This document shows, one piece after another, positions 46,043 through 56,623 of a stretch of DNA of 64,000 nucleotides. The translations under genes and the position numbers were made by a program. Position 1 is the first letter of the stretch; every line of letters starts with the position of its first letter. The stretch comes from a virus, in the IMG/VR virus record IMGVR_UViG_3300021963_000037, positions 75,481 to 139,480 of that record; one strand, written 5' to 3'. The notes under the pieces were generated by a model. It was given only the letters and a program-made list of their open reading frames with translations. It had not been told where the DNA came from and did no database searches.

Positions 46043-47263
46043 ATGAAGCTCGGAAATCATACACTACTTATCGATGGTAACTATTTCATCCACAGTAGAT
46101 TGTTCGTTCTACCAAGGCCTAAAAGCGGTGCTCTACTTGGTGATGATGCGAGCAAAGGACAGTTCATTCGAAAACTTGCAATCGACTTTGCATCTGAAGT
46201 TCGAAAAATGACTCCTTTTGTTAATCAAATCGTTTTTGCGGTTGATTCAAAATCTTGGCGTAAGGATCTATTTCCTGAAGCGCAATATAAAGGTACTCGT
46301 ACTCAAGATAGTTCAGTTGATTGGTCAGCTGTCTACGAAGTATATGATGAATTTAAATTAATCCTTGCTAAAAAAGGTGTTATTGTAAATCAAGTTAAAG
46401 GTGCAGAAGCAGATGATATTCTATTTGCATGGTCGACTTATTTAAATACACAAGGTAAGAATTGCATTATTTGGACTGGTGACCGTGATATGATTCAATT
46501 AGTTGATTACTCAAAAGCAACTGATGGTTATTCACTATGGTATTATAACACTAAACGTAAATTAATTGCATTCGAAGGATTCAATGATATTTTTAGTGAT
46601 ACAACTGAATTAGAAATCTCAAATGAAGATTTGTTATTCAATATGGACAGCCCTAGTCATTTAAGTGATCGTATCAAAAATGAAATGGTTGATTGGATGA
46701 AAAAGAATTCAATTGAAGTCGAAGAAATCAACTGTGATCGTTTTGTTTTCCAAAAGATTCTAATGGGTGACAAATCTGATAACATCAAATCTGTTGTTAC
46801 GTACCAAAAACCTATGAAAAATGGTAAAGATCGTACATTCTCAATTACTGACAAACAGGCAGAAGCTATCTTAGAACAATACATTAAAGAAGAAGGCGAA
46901 TTTGTTATTGACCACATGTTTAACAAAACACAAGTTGATAAGATTGTTAACCTGATTTACCGTATTATTGGTCATGACACTCAAGTAAATATCCTTAATA
47001 GATTTAATCAAAATCTTGATTTGATGTTACTTCACTACAATACTATACCAGAACCAATCCAACAAGAAATTACAAAGGTAATTGATCGAGATAAAGAAAC
47101 TGAACCAGCAATTATGGTTCTATCTCAAATGGAAAAGATTCTTGAAGGATCTAGTTGGTTGAAAAAAGCTAATCAAACTCCGGTTGATTTTGATGCATTT
47201 GCTGGCTTAGACGAAAATGAAACAAAAGACAAAGATTCATCTACAACTATTAAATTATTTTAA
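46043..47263 (+). CDS. 5'-3' flap exonuclease (T4 RNase H-like)
   Basis: LIDGN, SWRK..F..YKGTR, EADD, GDRDMIQL, GDKSDNI; ends TIKLF. Confidence 0.92.
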   Translation: MKLGNHTLLIDGNYFIHSRLFVLPRPKSGALLGDDASKGQFIRKLAIDFASEVRKMTPFVNQIVFAVDSKSWRKDLFPEAQYKGTRTQDSSVDWSAVYEVYDEFKLILAKKGVIVNQVKGAEADDILFAWSTYLNTQGKNCIIWTGDRDMIQLVDYSKATDGYSLWYYNTKRKLIAFEGFNDIFSDTTELEISNEDLLFNMDSPSHLSDRIKNEMVDWMKKNSIEVEEINCDRFVFQKILMGDKSDNIKSVVTYQKPMKNGKDRTFSITDKQAEAILEQYIKEEGEFVIDHMFNKTQVDKIVNLIYRIIGHDTQVNILNRFNQNLDLMLLHYNTIPEPIQQEITKVIDRDKETEPAIMVLSQMEKILEGSSWLKKANQTPVDFDAFAGLDENETKDKDSSTTIKLF

Positions 47264-47415
47264 TGCCAGAGATCGTAGAAGAAATCTTAAAAGAAGCAAA
47301 AGAATGGGGTCTTGAATATGAGGTTAAGGTATTCGCCGAAAGCCACATGTCTCAAGACCCAAGTCTTTCAATAGAACAAGCCTACACTGAGGCATATAAT
47401 GATTGGATAAAATAA
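47263..47415 (+). CDS. Small hypothetical protein
   Basis: MPEIVEEILKEAKEWGLEYEV...AYTEAYNDWIK*; 50 aa, TAATG coupling; not in ORF track. Confidence 0.65.
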   Translation: MPEIVEEILKEAKEWGLEYEVKVFAESHMSQDPSLSIEQAYTEAYNDWIK

Positions 47416-47419
47416 AATT

Positions 47420-47848
47420 ATGCTAGACGAAACTAAATTATTTGACTTTGTGAAAATCATGTTTACAAAGCCAAAAGACTATAAGAATATTAAGGACTTT
47501 AATAAGAAACGTCACCATTTCATGATTAACCGTTTCTTTTCAATTAAGTTTCCTGCAAATGCACAAGCATTTAATATCAATGGTATTAACGGATTAGCAG
47601 TGATTGATAGTTGGGCTCTAGTTGCCCAACGTTTTTCTGCAGTTCCACCATGGATCTATACGAAAACTAAAAAATCTGAATCGGTTGCTGTCGATAAAAA
47701 AGAATACATACCTAGTCAAGAGGCAATTGAATTCTATATGAAAAAGAACGAGATTGGTAAAAGAGAATACAATGAAGCTCTAAAGTTTTTTAGAAAAGAA
47801 ACTCTTGATGAACTTAAAAGATTAGACGAAAACATAAAAGTTTATTAA
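47420..47848 (+). CDS. Clamp loader small subunit (gp62-like)
   Basis: LFDFV..., FMINRFFS, N; size and context. Confidence 0.7.
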   Translation: MLDETKLFDFVKIMFTKPKDYKNIKDFNKKRHHFMINRFFSIKFPANAQAFNINGINGLAVIDSWALVAQRFSAVPPWIYTKTKKSESVAVDKKEYIPSQEAIEFYMKKNEIGKREYNEALKFFRKETLDELKRLDENIKVY

Positions 47849-48528
47849 TGCAAGATGATTTCTCAATGTATGATGCCGCCGATGTCGTTGATATCGTGCT
47901 TTTTAAATATAATTATAACGATAATAAACTTTGGACTGGAATTAGAAACAAAATAGAGTTTCTCAGTCCGGATAAAAATTCAATAATTGTTACTAAAGAT
48001 CAGCTTCTAGATTTTATTGAAAGAGAATTCCCAAATGAGATTAATTTATTTAATTCAGTTGGGTTTGAAGTTATGCACAAAGAGGTTAATTCAATCTTCT
48101 TTATTACCAAACTTCTTACTCAAATGAAACATCTTAGATGGATTAAATTGACTCTTAATAAGAATAGAACATATAGTCGCTTGACTAAAGACGAAAATGG
48201 ACTAGATTCAATAAAATTTGGATTTAAAATACTTCACTTAACATTAAAGACATTTGAAATCTTTGACGAAGATGAAGTGGTTATTTTTAATAAAGTTCTA
48301 CATGAACAGAGAATTCTAGAAGAAGGCATACCATATAAAAGACTAAAACTAAATGACTTATTAGATCGTCTAGATCGATGGTTAATGGTTGCAGATAAAG
48401 GAAAAGTTAAAGAACTTTCAGACAATGAGATGGATGTTGTAGATACAATTTCTATCATGTTAGATATGATGAGTGATCCAAAACTAGGTGGCGATAATCC
48501 AGAAGTCCTACTAGTCACCGATTACTGA
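47848..48528 (+). CDS. Hypothetical protein
   Basis: TAATG-coupled ORF. Confidence 0.65.
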   Translation: MQDDFSMYDAADVVDIVLFKYNYNDNKLWTGIRNKIEFLSPDKNSIIVTKDQLLDFIEREFPNEINLFNSVGFEVMHKEVNSIFFITKLLTQMKHLRWIKLTLNKNRTYSRLTKDENGLDSIKFGFKILHLTLKTFEIFDEDEVVIFNKVLHEQRILEEGIPYKRLKLNDLLDRLDRWLMVADKGKVKELSDNEMDVVDTISIMLDMMSDPKLGGDNPEVLLVTDY

Positions 48529-48557
48529 GAATATATAAACAAAATTAACTCATTGTA

Positions 48558-50504
48558 ATGGTTACAGGTAGTATTGCAACAGCATACGGCGATTTTCTAA
48601 TTGCATCAATCAAGACCCCATATTTAAACTTAAAGAAAGTTTTATCATGGGACATACTTTCTGGAGTATCAGACGTTTCAACGTTAGGAACCCTTAGTTT
48701 TACTAGTGGTTCTACTATCGTTTATGGCGTAGGAACCGATTTTACCAGACTTTTTCAAAATTCGCATTTTATCATTGTTGGTAATAGAGTTTTAGAAATT
48801 GCAACCGTAACAAATAGTACAACGCTAGTTTTAACTCTTCCAGTTAATTTCTCTGGTTCTGGATTTACTTTCTACAGACCGGTAGATGATAATAATAAAT
48901 TTGATTATACATTCAGATTATCAACAGACGCTGGTAAAACATTTAGTGAATTTTCAGAATTAAATACTAATCAACTTCCAGGCGATCTTAAAGCATATCT
49001 ATGGAATTCAGGTGCTAATGTACTAATTGATTTTGGTGCAGAAGTATCAGCATTAAATACTGGTGCTAAATTAACATTTATTTCAGCAACTTTAACAGTT
49101 GAAACAACTGATGGTACTGTTGAATCATGTCCACAATTTTGTACAACATGTACAGATCCTTTCATTTATTCAGGTTGCGCAACAATTGAAGCAACTTGCT
49201 CAGATGCTAGTGCATTATTTCAACCATACCGTCAATTTAGATCGCAACAAACATATATTCAATTAGCAAATATTGTTAAGAATATCTTTGGTCACCAAGT
49301 TACTTATTTTAGAACTGAACCAGACAAGAGAACAAAGGATGTTATCTTAATGGAATATTCATTACATAATGTTGTTGATCAGGATGTTGTTAAAATCTTG
49401 GTTCCAGATAATGAATTCCCGGCAGATTCAACAACTAATTTCGATATGTTTGGTATGGAATTTGAAGATTTTGAAATCCATATCACTCAACAAGAATTCC
49501 AAACTGTTTTTGGACAAGGTAAAAGACCAAGAGAGCATGATTACATGTTCATTCCAATTATCAATAAAATGTACATGATTAATTCAGTCGCTTTAGGAGA
49601 CCGTTTTAATGAAACTATCACATATTGGAAAGTGATGTTGACGAAATATCAAAATGATACTGCTGTACTTAAAAATAGTTTTGAAAATTTAACAGATTCA
49701 TTAGTCACTGATATCGACGAAGTATTTGGAGTTGAAATTCAAGATGAGTACATCAAGAATACCAAACCAGATATTTTCCAAACAGTTTCTACTGCTTATT
49801 TAGATGGTATTAGAAATTTCATATCAACTGATTTAAAAATAGTAGACAGTGAACTTAAAAATAGATGGACAACCGTTTCTAAAAACTATTACGATCTTGG
49901 ACCTGTTAGTACTGGTTTTGCAGCAATTGAATATACAGCGCCTGTTAAATCATCAACTGGATTTGCTCTAACATGTTGGTTGTCTCCTGAATTTAATTTT
50001 AATTCAACAACAGATTATTGGGTATTTGGAAATACAACAATCAATAAAGGAATTAAAGTTACTATATCTGGACAAAATATAAAAGTATTTGTTAACGCGA
50101 ACACTTATACATTTACACCAAACATTATTATGGGTACTGATAGATGGTATGGTCTGGTTATAAATGGTAACAAACAATTTAATCAATTATCAGTTGCCCT
50201 GTACTCATTAGATCCAAATAATAATAATGGACGTCCACAATCTGCTTCAAATGATTTAGTAAAAATATTTGAGGAGACAAGAAATCAAGTTTATAATATT
50301 TCTTGGGATATTCCTGAATCTAAATATTCACTTAAAGGAGGTTTGTTAAAACTAACAAACTTAAGATTATTCAATACACCAATTGAAGCCGAACAACACA
50401 GCAACGTATTAAATCAATATGTTGTTCATGATAATCAGCTTGGTGTAATTATAGACAATGCTATCCCGTCTCTTGGATTCCAGAAATTCAGAAACTCTCA
50501 ATAA
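48558..50504 (+). CDS. Neck protein (gp14-like core) with N-terminal beta-rich and C-terminal LamG-like domains
   Basis: GHQVTYF, FDMFG, RPREHDYMFIP core; AATATATA box at 48530-48537. Confidence 0.65.
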   Translation: MVTGSIATAYGDFLIASIKTPYLNLKKVLSWDILSGVSDVSTLGTLSFTSGSTIVYGVGTDFTRLFQNSHFIIVGNRVLEIATVTNSTTLVLTLPVNFSGSGFTFYRPVDDNNKFDYTFRLSTDAGKTFSEFSELNTNQLPGDLKAYLWNSGANVLIDFGAEVSALNTGAKLTFISATLTVETTDGTVESCPQFCTTCTDPFIYSGCATIEATCSDASALFQPYRQFRSQQTYIQLANIVKNIFGHQVTYFRTEPDKRTKDVILMEYSLHNVVDQDVVKILVPDNEFPADSTTNFDMFGMEFEDFEIHITQQEFQTVFGQGKRPREHDYMFIPIINKMYMINSVALGDRFNETITYWKVMLTKYQNDTAVLKNSFENLTDSLVTDIDEVFGVEIQDEYIKNTKPDIFQTVSTAYLDGIRNFISTDLKIVDSELKNRWTTVSKNYYDLGPVSTGFAAIEYTAPVKSSTGFALTCWLSPEFNFNSTTDYWVFGNTTINKGIKVTISGQNIKVFVNANTYTFTPNIIMGTDRWYGLVINGNKQFNQLSVALYSLDPNNNNGRPQSASNDLVKIFEETRNQVYNISWDIPESKYSLKGGLLKLTNLRLFNTPIEAEQHSNVLNQYVVHDNQLGVIIDNAIPSLGFQKFRNSQ

Positions 50505-50540
50505 TAATTGGGATAGATATTCTATAAATAATATCATATT

Positions 50541-51221
50541 ATGTCAGAAGAAAAAGATAAGAATAGGCCAATTCGTGACCAGGCAGAGGACATTCGCAAA
50601 GAATTAGAATGGTTAATTGGTGATGAGGAATCTTTAACAGATTTAGTCGAAACAGATACGCCATTGCCTTCTGTTCCACCGGCACATAAAAGCCCAGCAG
50701 TTTCATATACTAATTTAAAATCTAGTGCAGAAACACAGGCTAAGAAAACAATTACAGCATTAATGAAATTCTATCTCGATTCAGATATTATCGAGAACGA
50801 TGAATATGTTAAGGCAAAAAAGAAGATGGACGAAATGACAATGTCTTCTCTGGTTTATCAGCTTCAAGCTGGTGAAAGAGCACTAACATTGTTATTGGAA
50901 ACTATTGAAGATGGAGAGCTATCTCCAAGAATGTTCGAGGTATTGGCAACTTTACAAAAATCAATGCTCGACATTATAAAATCACAAACAATGTATTTGA
51001 TGGCAACTGAAGAATCTAACAAGAGAATTGCTAGAGATATTGAAGTTTACCGCAAAAACACAAACACGACTCAGATTGAGGAAGTTGGAGGAGATTCTAA
51101 AGATCCAAATATCCAAAGAGGTACAAAGGACCTAATGAGAATGATTCAAATGGGAATTAATCAATCTGGCGCAGATGAAGGTCTTGACGTGATTGAAATA
51201 AACCCAGAAGATAATGAGTGA
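50541..51221 (+). CDS. Terminase small subunit (gp16-like)
   Basis: SPRMFEVLATL, GTKDLM; overlaps large terminase; TATAAATA at 50523-50530. Confidence 0.8.
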   Translation: MSEEKDKNRPIRDQAEDIRKELEWLIGDEESLTDLVETDTPLPSVPPAHKSPAVSYTNLKSSAETQAKKTITALMKFYLDSDIIENDEYVKAKKKMDEMTMSSLVYQLQAGERALTLLLETIEDGELSPRMFEVLATLQKSMLDIIKSQTMYLMATEESNKRIARDIEVYRKNTNTTQIEEVGGDSKDPNIQRGTKDLMRMIQMGINQSGADEGLDVIEINPEDNE

Positions 51222-53031
51222 TAATATATGGATTCCTAAGGATTCCGATGAAACACAAGCAGCCAAAGTAGTATGGTCAACTAAAGCAATTAATGATTTA
51301 ACAGTCGCTTTAGATAAAGGTTACCGTCCTCAAGTGTCCATGCCTTTTTATGAAGGTAAACAACATTTAAAAAGAGGTAATATTGTATTTGAGTACACTG
51401 ATGCTGAAATTACAGAAATTGCAAAATGCGCACATGATATTGTGTACTTTGCTGAGAAATATGCGGTTGTAATGACCGATGAGGGGATTCAAAAGGTAAA
51501 ACTTCGTGAATATCAAAAAGATATGTTGAGAAACTTTCAACATAATCGATTCAATATTGTTCTAGCATCCAGACAGATGGGTAAAACCGTAACGGCGTCA
51601 ATTTTTAACGCTTGGTTTATTTGTTTTAATGTGGACAAGAATACCCTACTTTTAGCCAATAAGGGAGAAACTACTAAAGAGATTATTGATAAAGCAAAAG
51701 TTGTAATTGAACATTTGCCGTTCTTTATGAAACCAGGAATTATCAAATATGACGTTATGAACGTTCGATGTGATAATGGTTGTCGTTTAGTAGGACAATC
51801 AACTACCGCTAAAGCAGGTATTGGTTTTACCATTCACAACTTATACTTAGATGAGTTTGCCCACATCCATCCAAATATCGTTGATGTATTCTATGAAAAC
51901 GTTTATCCAACGTTATCATCTTCGAAAATATCGAGGATTAATATCACATCAACTCCGAATGGATTTAATAAATTCTATGAAATTTGGGCTGCTGCTATTG
52001 ACGGAAAGAATGCATATACTCCAATGCGAATCGACTGGTTTCAACATCCAGATCGTGATGACAAATGGTATAAACGAGAATTAGAAAACTTAGGTTCAGA
52101 AGAGGCATTTAACCGACAATATGGTAATGAATTCGTAAGTTCATCATCTCTATTACTTTCACCAGGATCTCTTGGTAAGTTAAGAAAGAACTCAGGTAAA
52201 TTCATTTATCATGAACTTGAAGACTTTGATAATATACATATTGACGTAAAAGGATTCTTAGGATTTAAGAAAGGATTCGACATTGAAACTGTAAAGGATG
52301 AAAGCAAATATTGGTTATTTACTATTGATATTGCAGAAGGTTCAGGTCGAGATTACTCAGTAATTAATGTGTTTGAGGTTGTTGCAATGTCTAAAAAAGA
52401 AATTGAAGCTTCTGAAAATCCAGGAGCAATGTATGATTTCTTTAAATTAGATCAAGTTGCTGTATTTAAAAGCAATGAGCATCCAATTGAAGATTTCTCA
52501 AAAATATTGTATACACTGGCTATTGATGTCTTCAACTCTGAGAACGTTAAAATGCTGATTGAATTTAATACATACGGAACAATCTTATTAAAATACTTAC
52601 AGACGGTATTCCCTCAACGTAATGATTTCGATGAAGATATGATTCTTCGTTTCAAACATCGACATGATTCTAAAGGAGTAAAACCTGGACTTAGATTAAG
52701 ATCTGATAATAAAGCAGTATTTTGTCAAAATTTTAAGAAGTTAATCGAAGGAAATAGAATAAATATTAATGAAGTTGAAACAGTTAACGAAGCTTCATTA
52801 TTTGGTGTTAACAAGAGTGGAAATTATTCAGCACAAATGGGTCACGATGACTTAATTATGTCCGCAATTATTTCAACCGAGTTTTTTGGAACAACCGATT
52901 ACGCCGATTTTATTGAAGAAATCTTAGATGTTATTGACGAAAAACTTCATGATTTCATGGAAGCAACTCTCTACAAGGACAATCAATCACAAGGAGACTT
53001 GCAATATGACATCTATGATTTATTAAGTTAA
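51214..53031 (+). CDS. Terminase large subunit (gp17)
   Basis: LREYQ, SRQMGKT, YLDEFA, STPNG, DIAEG..RDYS, HDDLIMS. Confidence 0.95.
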   Translation: MSDNIWIPKDSDETQAAKVVWSTKAINDLTVALDKGYRPQVSMPFYEGKQHLKRGNIVFEYTDAEITEIAKCAHDIVYFAEKYAVVMTDEGIQKVKLREYQKDMLRNFQHNRFNIVLASRQMGKTVTASIFNAWFICFNVDKNTLLLANKGETTKEIIDKAKVVIEHLPFFMKPGIIKYDVMNVRCDNGCRLVGQSTTAKAGIGFTIHNLYLDEFAHIHPNIVDVFYENVYPTLSSSKISRINITSTPNGFNKFYEIWAAAIDGKNAYTPMRIDWFQHPDRDDKWYKRELENLGSEEAFNRQYGNEFVSSSSLLLSPGSLGKLRKNSGKFIYHELEDFDNIHIDVKGFLGFKKGFDIETVKDESKYWLFTIDIAEGSGRDYSVINVFEVVAMSKKEIEASENPGAMYDFFKLDQVAVFKSNEHPIEDFSKILYTLAIDVFNSENVKMLIEFNTYGTILLKYLQTVFPQRNDFDEDMILRFKHRHDSKGVKPGLRLRSDNKAVFCQNFKKLIEGNRININEVETVNEASLFGVNKSGNYSAQMGHDDLIMSAIISTEFFGTTDYADFIEEILDVIDEKLHDFMEATLYKDNQSQGDLQYDIYDLLS

Positions 53032-53051
53032 TAAAATCAGAGATAGAAACA

Positions 53052-53059
53052 GATATATA
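53052..53059 (+). promoter_or_regulatory. Putative late promoter GATATATA (sheath)
   Basis: Recurring late box. Confidence 0.65.
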
Positions 53060-53086
53060 GAATAAAGAAAAAAAGATCAAAATAAC

Positions 53087-55957
53087 ATGGCACTAAGTCC
53101 TCAATTATTGCAATTCAAGAGTTCAGGTGTTTATCGATTAGAATTCGATAAATCACAAACAACGAACTTTGCTACAGAGACTATCAGATTGGTAGTTGGT
53201 CACTCTAAAAAGGGCCCTTATAATACTCCAGTGTTCATTCAATCAGTTGAAGATTTTAATGCAATCTTCGGCGGTATTGATAGAAACTTAGAGAAAAAGG
53301 GTATCTTCTTCCACAGATCTGCATTTGCAGCTCTTACTAGAGGTCCAATCCTTGCCTTAAATTTAGCAACATTCGAATCTTCTGATGAAATCAGTTATGC
53401 AGCACCAGTTACCAACGGTAGCGATTTTACTGCAATTTCTGAAAAAGGAAGTGATGAATATACTAAGTTCTTCGACACTGATAAATTCTGGTACCCAAGC
53501 GATGAAGCCGTTATCACAACAATTGGTACAGATAACGACCGAATGATTAATTTCATTAACATCAAACAAGAACCAATTACAATTTTTGTAAGAAAGGCAC
53601 AAGACGTTGCTCCATTCGAAACTACCGCTAGAGAGTGGTATGGTGAAGGTAATGTTCCTGCATTCTTAAATGATAAAGATTATTTGTCAGATTTCATGAT
53701 TGACGTTTTTGTTTTCAAAGGCGAATTCGATCCTGCTACTTTGGCAACCGATCCAGTTTACAAAAACTATTTTAACACTGACGGTTTATTAAAAGGTCAA
53801 TTATCTGCTTTCTCTAATTTGAGACAAGTATCTTTAATTGCTCAATACACTGGTTCATTGATTCCTAACTTTAAAGATCTTGAAGGTAGAAACTTATACA
53901 TTGAAACAATCATCAATGGAGAAGCTAGAAGAACAGGTTTATTCTGTGCTGTTGATGAAGACAAAGTACAAGATGAAACAGGAACTAAAGTTGATTTAGT
54001 TGGACACGTTTACGATAAAGATCAAAACTACGAGTTATTATCTTATTTAGTAGACCAAAACTTAAATCCAGCAGCTGGTACAACAGTTTCTCTTACAGGA
54101 TTAGGTCACACTGACCAAGCAGTTACTAGTTTAATTGTAGTTCCTACTTTAACAGCATCTGGAATTACTGCATCTGGTTCAATATTGAAGATTTATTCTA
54201 CAACTAACTTATCTGGTGATTTTACAACTTCAAAATATCTTAAAACAGGTACATCAACTTGGGGTATTATTACTGGATCTGAATATGTTACTACTGATGG
54301 TCCTGAACCATACACTAAATTAACTATAACTGGAACAGTACATGCTGCTTCTTATACTTCATTAACTGCTGGACAAAATATTCCTTACGGAGTATTTAAT
54401 GCTGCTGCAACTGAAGTTGGAACTGGTGGAGATGTTAATAAATTATACGTACACCATGCTGATATTTCATCATCTATTGCTGTTGGTAATTTTGTTGAAG
54501 CTCAGGCATCTGGTGAATATGTTGAAGTAACTGGAGTTTCTTTTGCAAATGATAAAACAACTATCACATGTGATGGAGCTGTTAAACAAGCATTAGGAAG
54601 TTTAACTTCATTCAAAAAATACACAATTACAACACAAAGAGTTATTGCATATACTGGTGTTGAATTAAATACAGCAGGAAATGGTAACGTTACTGGAACT
54701 TATGCAAACTTAGGTGGTGGTATTTTCACTTTCACTTATGCTTCTGGTATTTCAACTGTAACTCTTAAGAAAGGAATGTATGTTCCTTCTGCAACTGCTG
54801 GAAGACTTGCTAAAATTAAATCAGTATCTAAAGCAACTGTAGGTCCAAACACTGTAGTAACAGTAACTTGTGACTCTAACGTTCCTAGTAGTTTTGGTGG
54901 TCAATACATTGTTTCTTTTGAAGAAGCAACTGATGTATATGTACCATTCATTTTATCTAAAGCTTTAGTTGGTGATAAATCAATCGCAGATTGTTTATTA
55001 GCACTTAGTGGAACTAACTTATTTGACGCATTAGCTGACAAAGATTTAATTCTTTACAGATATATCGTTGATACTTTCGGTTCTTATGATACTGTTGAAG
55101 GTTTACAAAATAAGAAAGAACTTTCTTATTTAGCACACGAAAGACAAAATGTTGCAGCTATCTTAAATGCACCAACAATTGCTGATTTCAAAAAATCAAC
55201 TAACCCGTCGTTTACTGATGGAAGTGGAGCATTTGACGCAATGTATTTAAAAGATGGTGGAAACTTGGATAAAAATCCAACTGCATTCTATACACTTCCT
55301 TCAATCAATGATGGAGCTAACTATGGTTTCTATTATGGACCTGGTTTATTAATCAGAGAGAACGGAAAAGATTTAGTTGTACCACCAGCTGCTTACGTAT
55401 CTAATAACTACATCGATAAATATTCAACTGCATTACCTTGGTCAATTATTGCTGGTCCAAGAAGAGGAGTTGTATCTGGAACTGGAGTTGTTGGAGTTGA
55501 ATACGCTTTTGATAAAAACGATAGAGACGTAATCGAACCATTTGGTATCAACCCAATCGTTTTCCAAAGAGGAGTAGGTTTAACTATCCTTGGAAATAAA
55601 ACTGGTCAACAATCAGTTAAATCAGCACTTTCTTCTGCGCACGTAAGAGAAGTATTGATCCACATCCAAGAAGGTTTAGCTAACATTCTTAAAGGTTATG
55701 TTTTTGAATTTAATACAGCACAAACAAGATTGGAAATTAAAACTTTAGCAGATGCCTTTATGGAATCAGTTAAAGCAGACCAAGGTGTTTATGACTTTAA
55801 GAACGTTATCGATCAATCAAATAACACTAATGAAGTTATCGACAACAACATTGGTATCTTAGATACATTTGTTGAACCAGTTAAAGGTTTAGAAATCGTT
55901 GTTCATAGAACTACAGTATTAAATACTGGCGAAATCCAAACTGGAAACTTCAGCTAA
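53087..55957 (+). CDS. Contractile tail sheath protein (gp18) with large insertion
   Basis: SSGVY..E.D, KGP, VPPA, AGPRRG, INPI, GNKT, VRE, F.FE.N. Confidence 0.93.
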   Translation: MALSPQLLQFKSSGVYRLEFDKSQTTNFATETIRLVVGHSKKGPYNTPVFIQSVEDFNAIFGGIDRNLEKKGIFFHRSAFAALTRGPILALNLATFESSDEISYAAPVTNGSDFTAISEKGSDEYTKFFDTDKFWYPSDEAVITTIGTDNDRMINFINIKQEPITIFVRKAQDVAPFETTAREWYGEGNVPAFLNDKDYLSDFMIDVFVFKGEFDPATLATDPVYKNYFNTDGLLKGQLSAFSNLRQVSLIAQYTGSLIPNFKDLEGRNLYIETIINGEARRTGLFCAVDEDKVQDETGTKVDLVGHVYDKDQNYELLSYLVDQNLNPAAGTTVSLTGLGHTDQAVTSLIVVPTLTASGITASGSILKIYSTTNLSGDFTTSKYLKTGTSTWGIITGSEYVTTDGPEPYTKLTITGTVHAASYTSLTAGQNIPYGVFNAAATEVGTGGDVNKLYVHHADISSSIAVGNFVEAQASGEYVEVTGVSFANDKTTITCDGAVKQALGSLTSFKKYTITTQRVIAYTGVELNTAGNGNVTGTYANLGGGIFTFTYASGISTVTLKKGMYVPSATAGRLAKIKSVSKATVGPNTVVTVTCDSNVPSSFGGQYIVSFEEATDVYVPFILSKALVGDKSIADCLLALSGTNLFDALADKDLILYRYIVDTFGSYDTVEGLQNKKELSYLAHERQNVAAILNAPTIADFKKSTNPSFTDGSGAFDAMYLKDGGNLDKNPTAFYTLPSINDGANYGFYYGPGLLIRENGKDLVVPPAAYVSNNYIDKYSTALPWSIIAGPRRGVVSGTGVVGVEYAFDKNDRDVIEPFGINPIVFQRGVGLTILGNKTGQQSVKSALSSAHVREVLIHIQEGLANILKGYVFEFNTAQTRLEIKTLADAFMESVKADQGVYDFKNVIDQSNNTNEVIDNNIGILDTFVEPVKGLEIVVHRTTVLNTGEIQTGNFS

Positions 55958-55962
55958 AATTA

Positions 55963-55970
55963 GATATATA
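55963..55970 (+). promoter_or_regulatory. Putative late promoter GATATATA (tube)
   Basis: Recurring late box. Confidence 0.65.
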
Positions 55971-55990
55971 AAAAAACAATAAAAAACAAG

Positions 55991-56545
55991 ATGGCTTTAC
56001 CACATTATTCACAAGACCAGACAAGCAGAAAAGGTTCTCAATGGGAACCGGTACAAAGTAACCTCTTTGAAGTTACCGTTATTCCACCTGCAGGTGTAAA
56101 AGGTTCTCCATTGTTATTACAACACGTTAATAGCATCGGTGGTTTGGATCTATATAGAGAAGTTTCTGAAGTTCAACAAAAGTACAAATTCGCTACTCGT
56201 TCTTACGCTGGTATGCCGGACAATACTTCATTGGACATCAATATCAATTTCTCTTTGAACTTAAACGATTCAAATCAAGCTTACCTATATAAAACTCTAA
56301 GAGAATGGTATAATTTACAATACGATCCTCAAACAGGTTTAATGGGTTTGAAGAAAGATTACACTGGAACTTTAGTTATCGTTCAGTTCAATAGAGCTGG
56401 AGATATTTACAGAACAATCACTTTAGAAGATTGCTTTATTAAATCAGGATTACCGTTTACTAACGAATTAAGTTATGACTCAACAGATCCTGCTACTATT
56501 GAAGTAACTTGGAAGTGTGATACTTTTAAAGAAGTATTAGCATAA
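55991..56545 (+). CDS. Tail tube protein (gp19)
   Basis: NLFEV, YAG, W.N, KDY, Q.NR.G, LSYD, VTW..D. Confidence 0.88.
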   Translation: MALPHYSQDQTSRKGSQWEPVQSNLFEVTVIPPAGVKGSPLLLQHVNSIGGLDLYREVSEVQQKYKFATRSYAGMPDNTSLDININFSLNLNDSNQAYLYKTLREWYNLQYDPQTGLMGLKKDYTGTLVIVQFNRAGDIYRTITLEDCFIKSGLPFTNELSYDSTDPATIEVTWKCDTFKEVLA

Positions 56546-56559
56546 TTTAAATTTTACAA

Positions 56560-56589
56560 AAGGGATGGCGAGAGTCATCCCTTCTTTTT
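56560..56589 (+). terminator. Intrinsic terminator
   Basis: AAGGGATGGC-GAGA-GTCATCCCTT followed by T-rich tract. Confidence 0.85.
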
Positions 56590-56623
56590 GTAAAGAATAT
56601 ATAATATATTATTAAGATAATCT

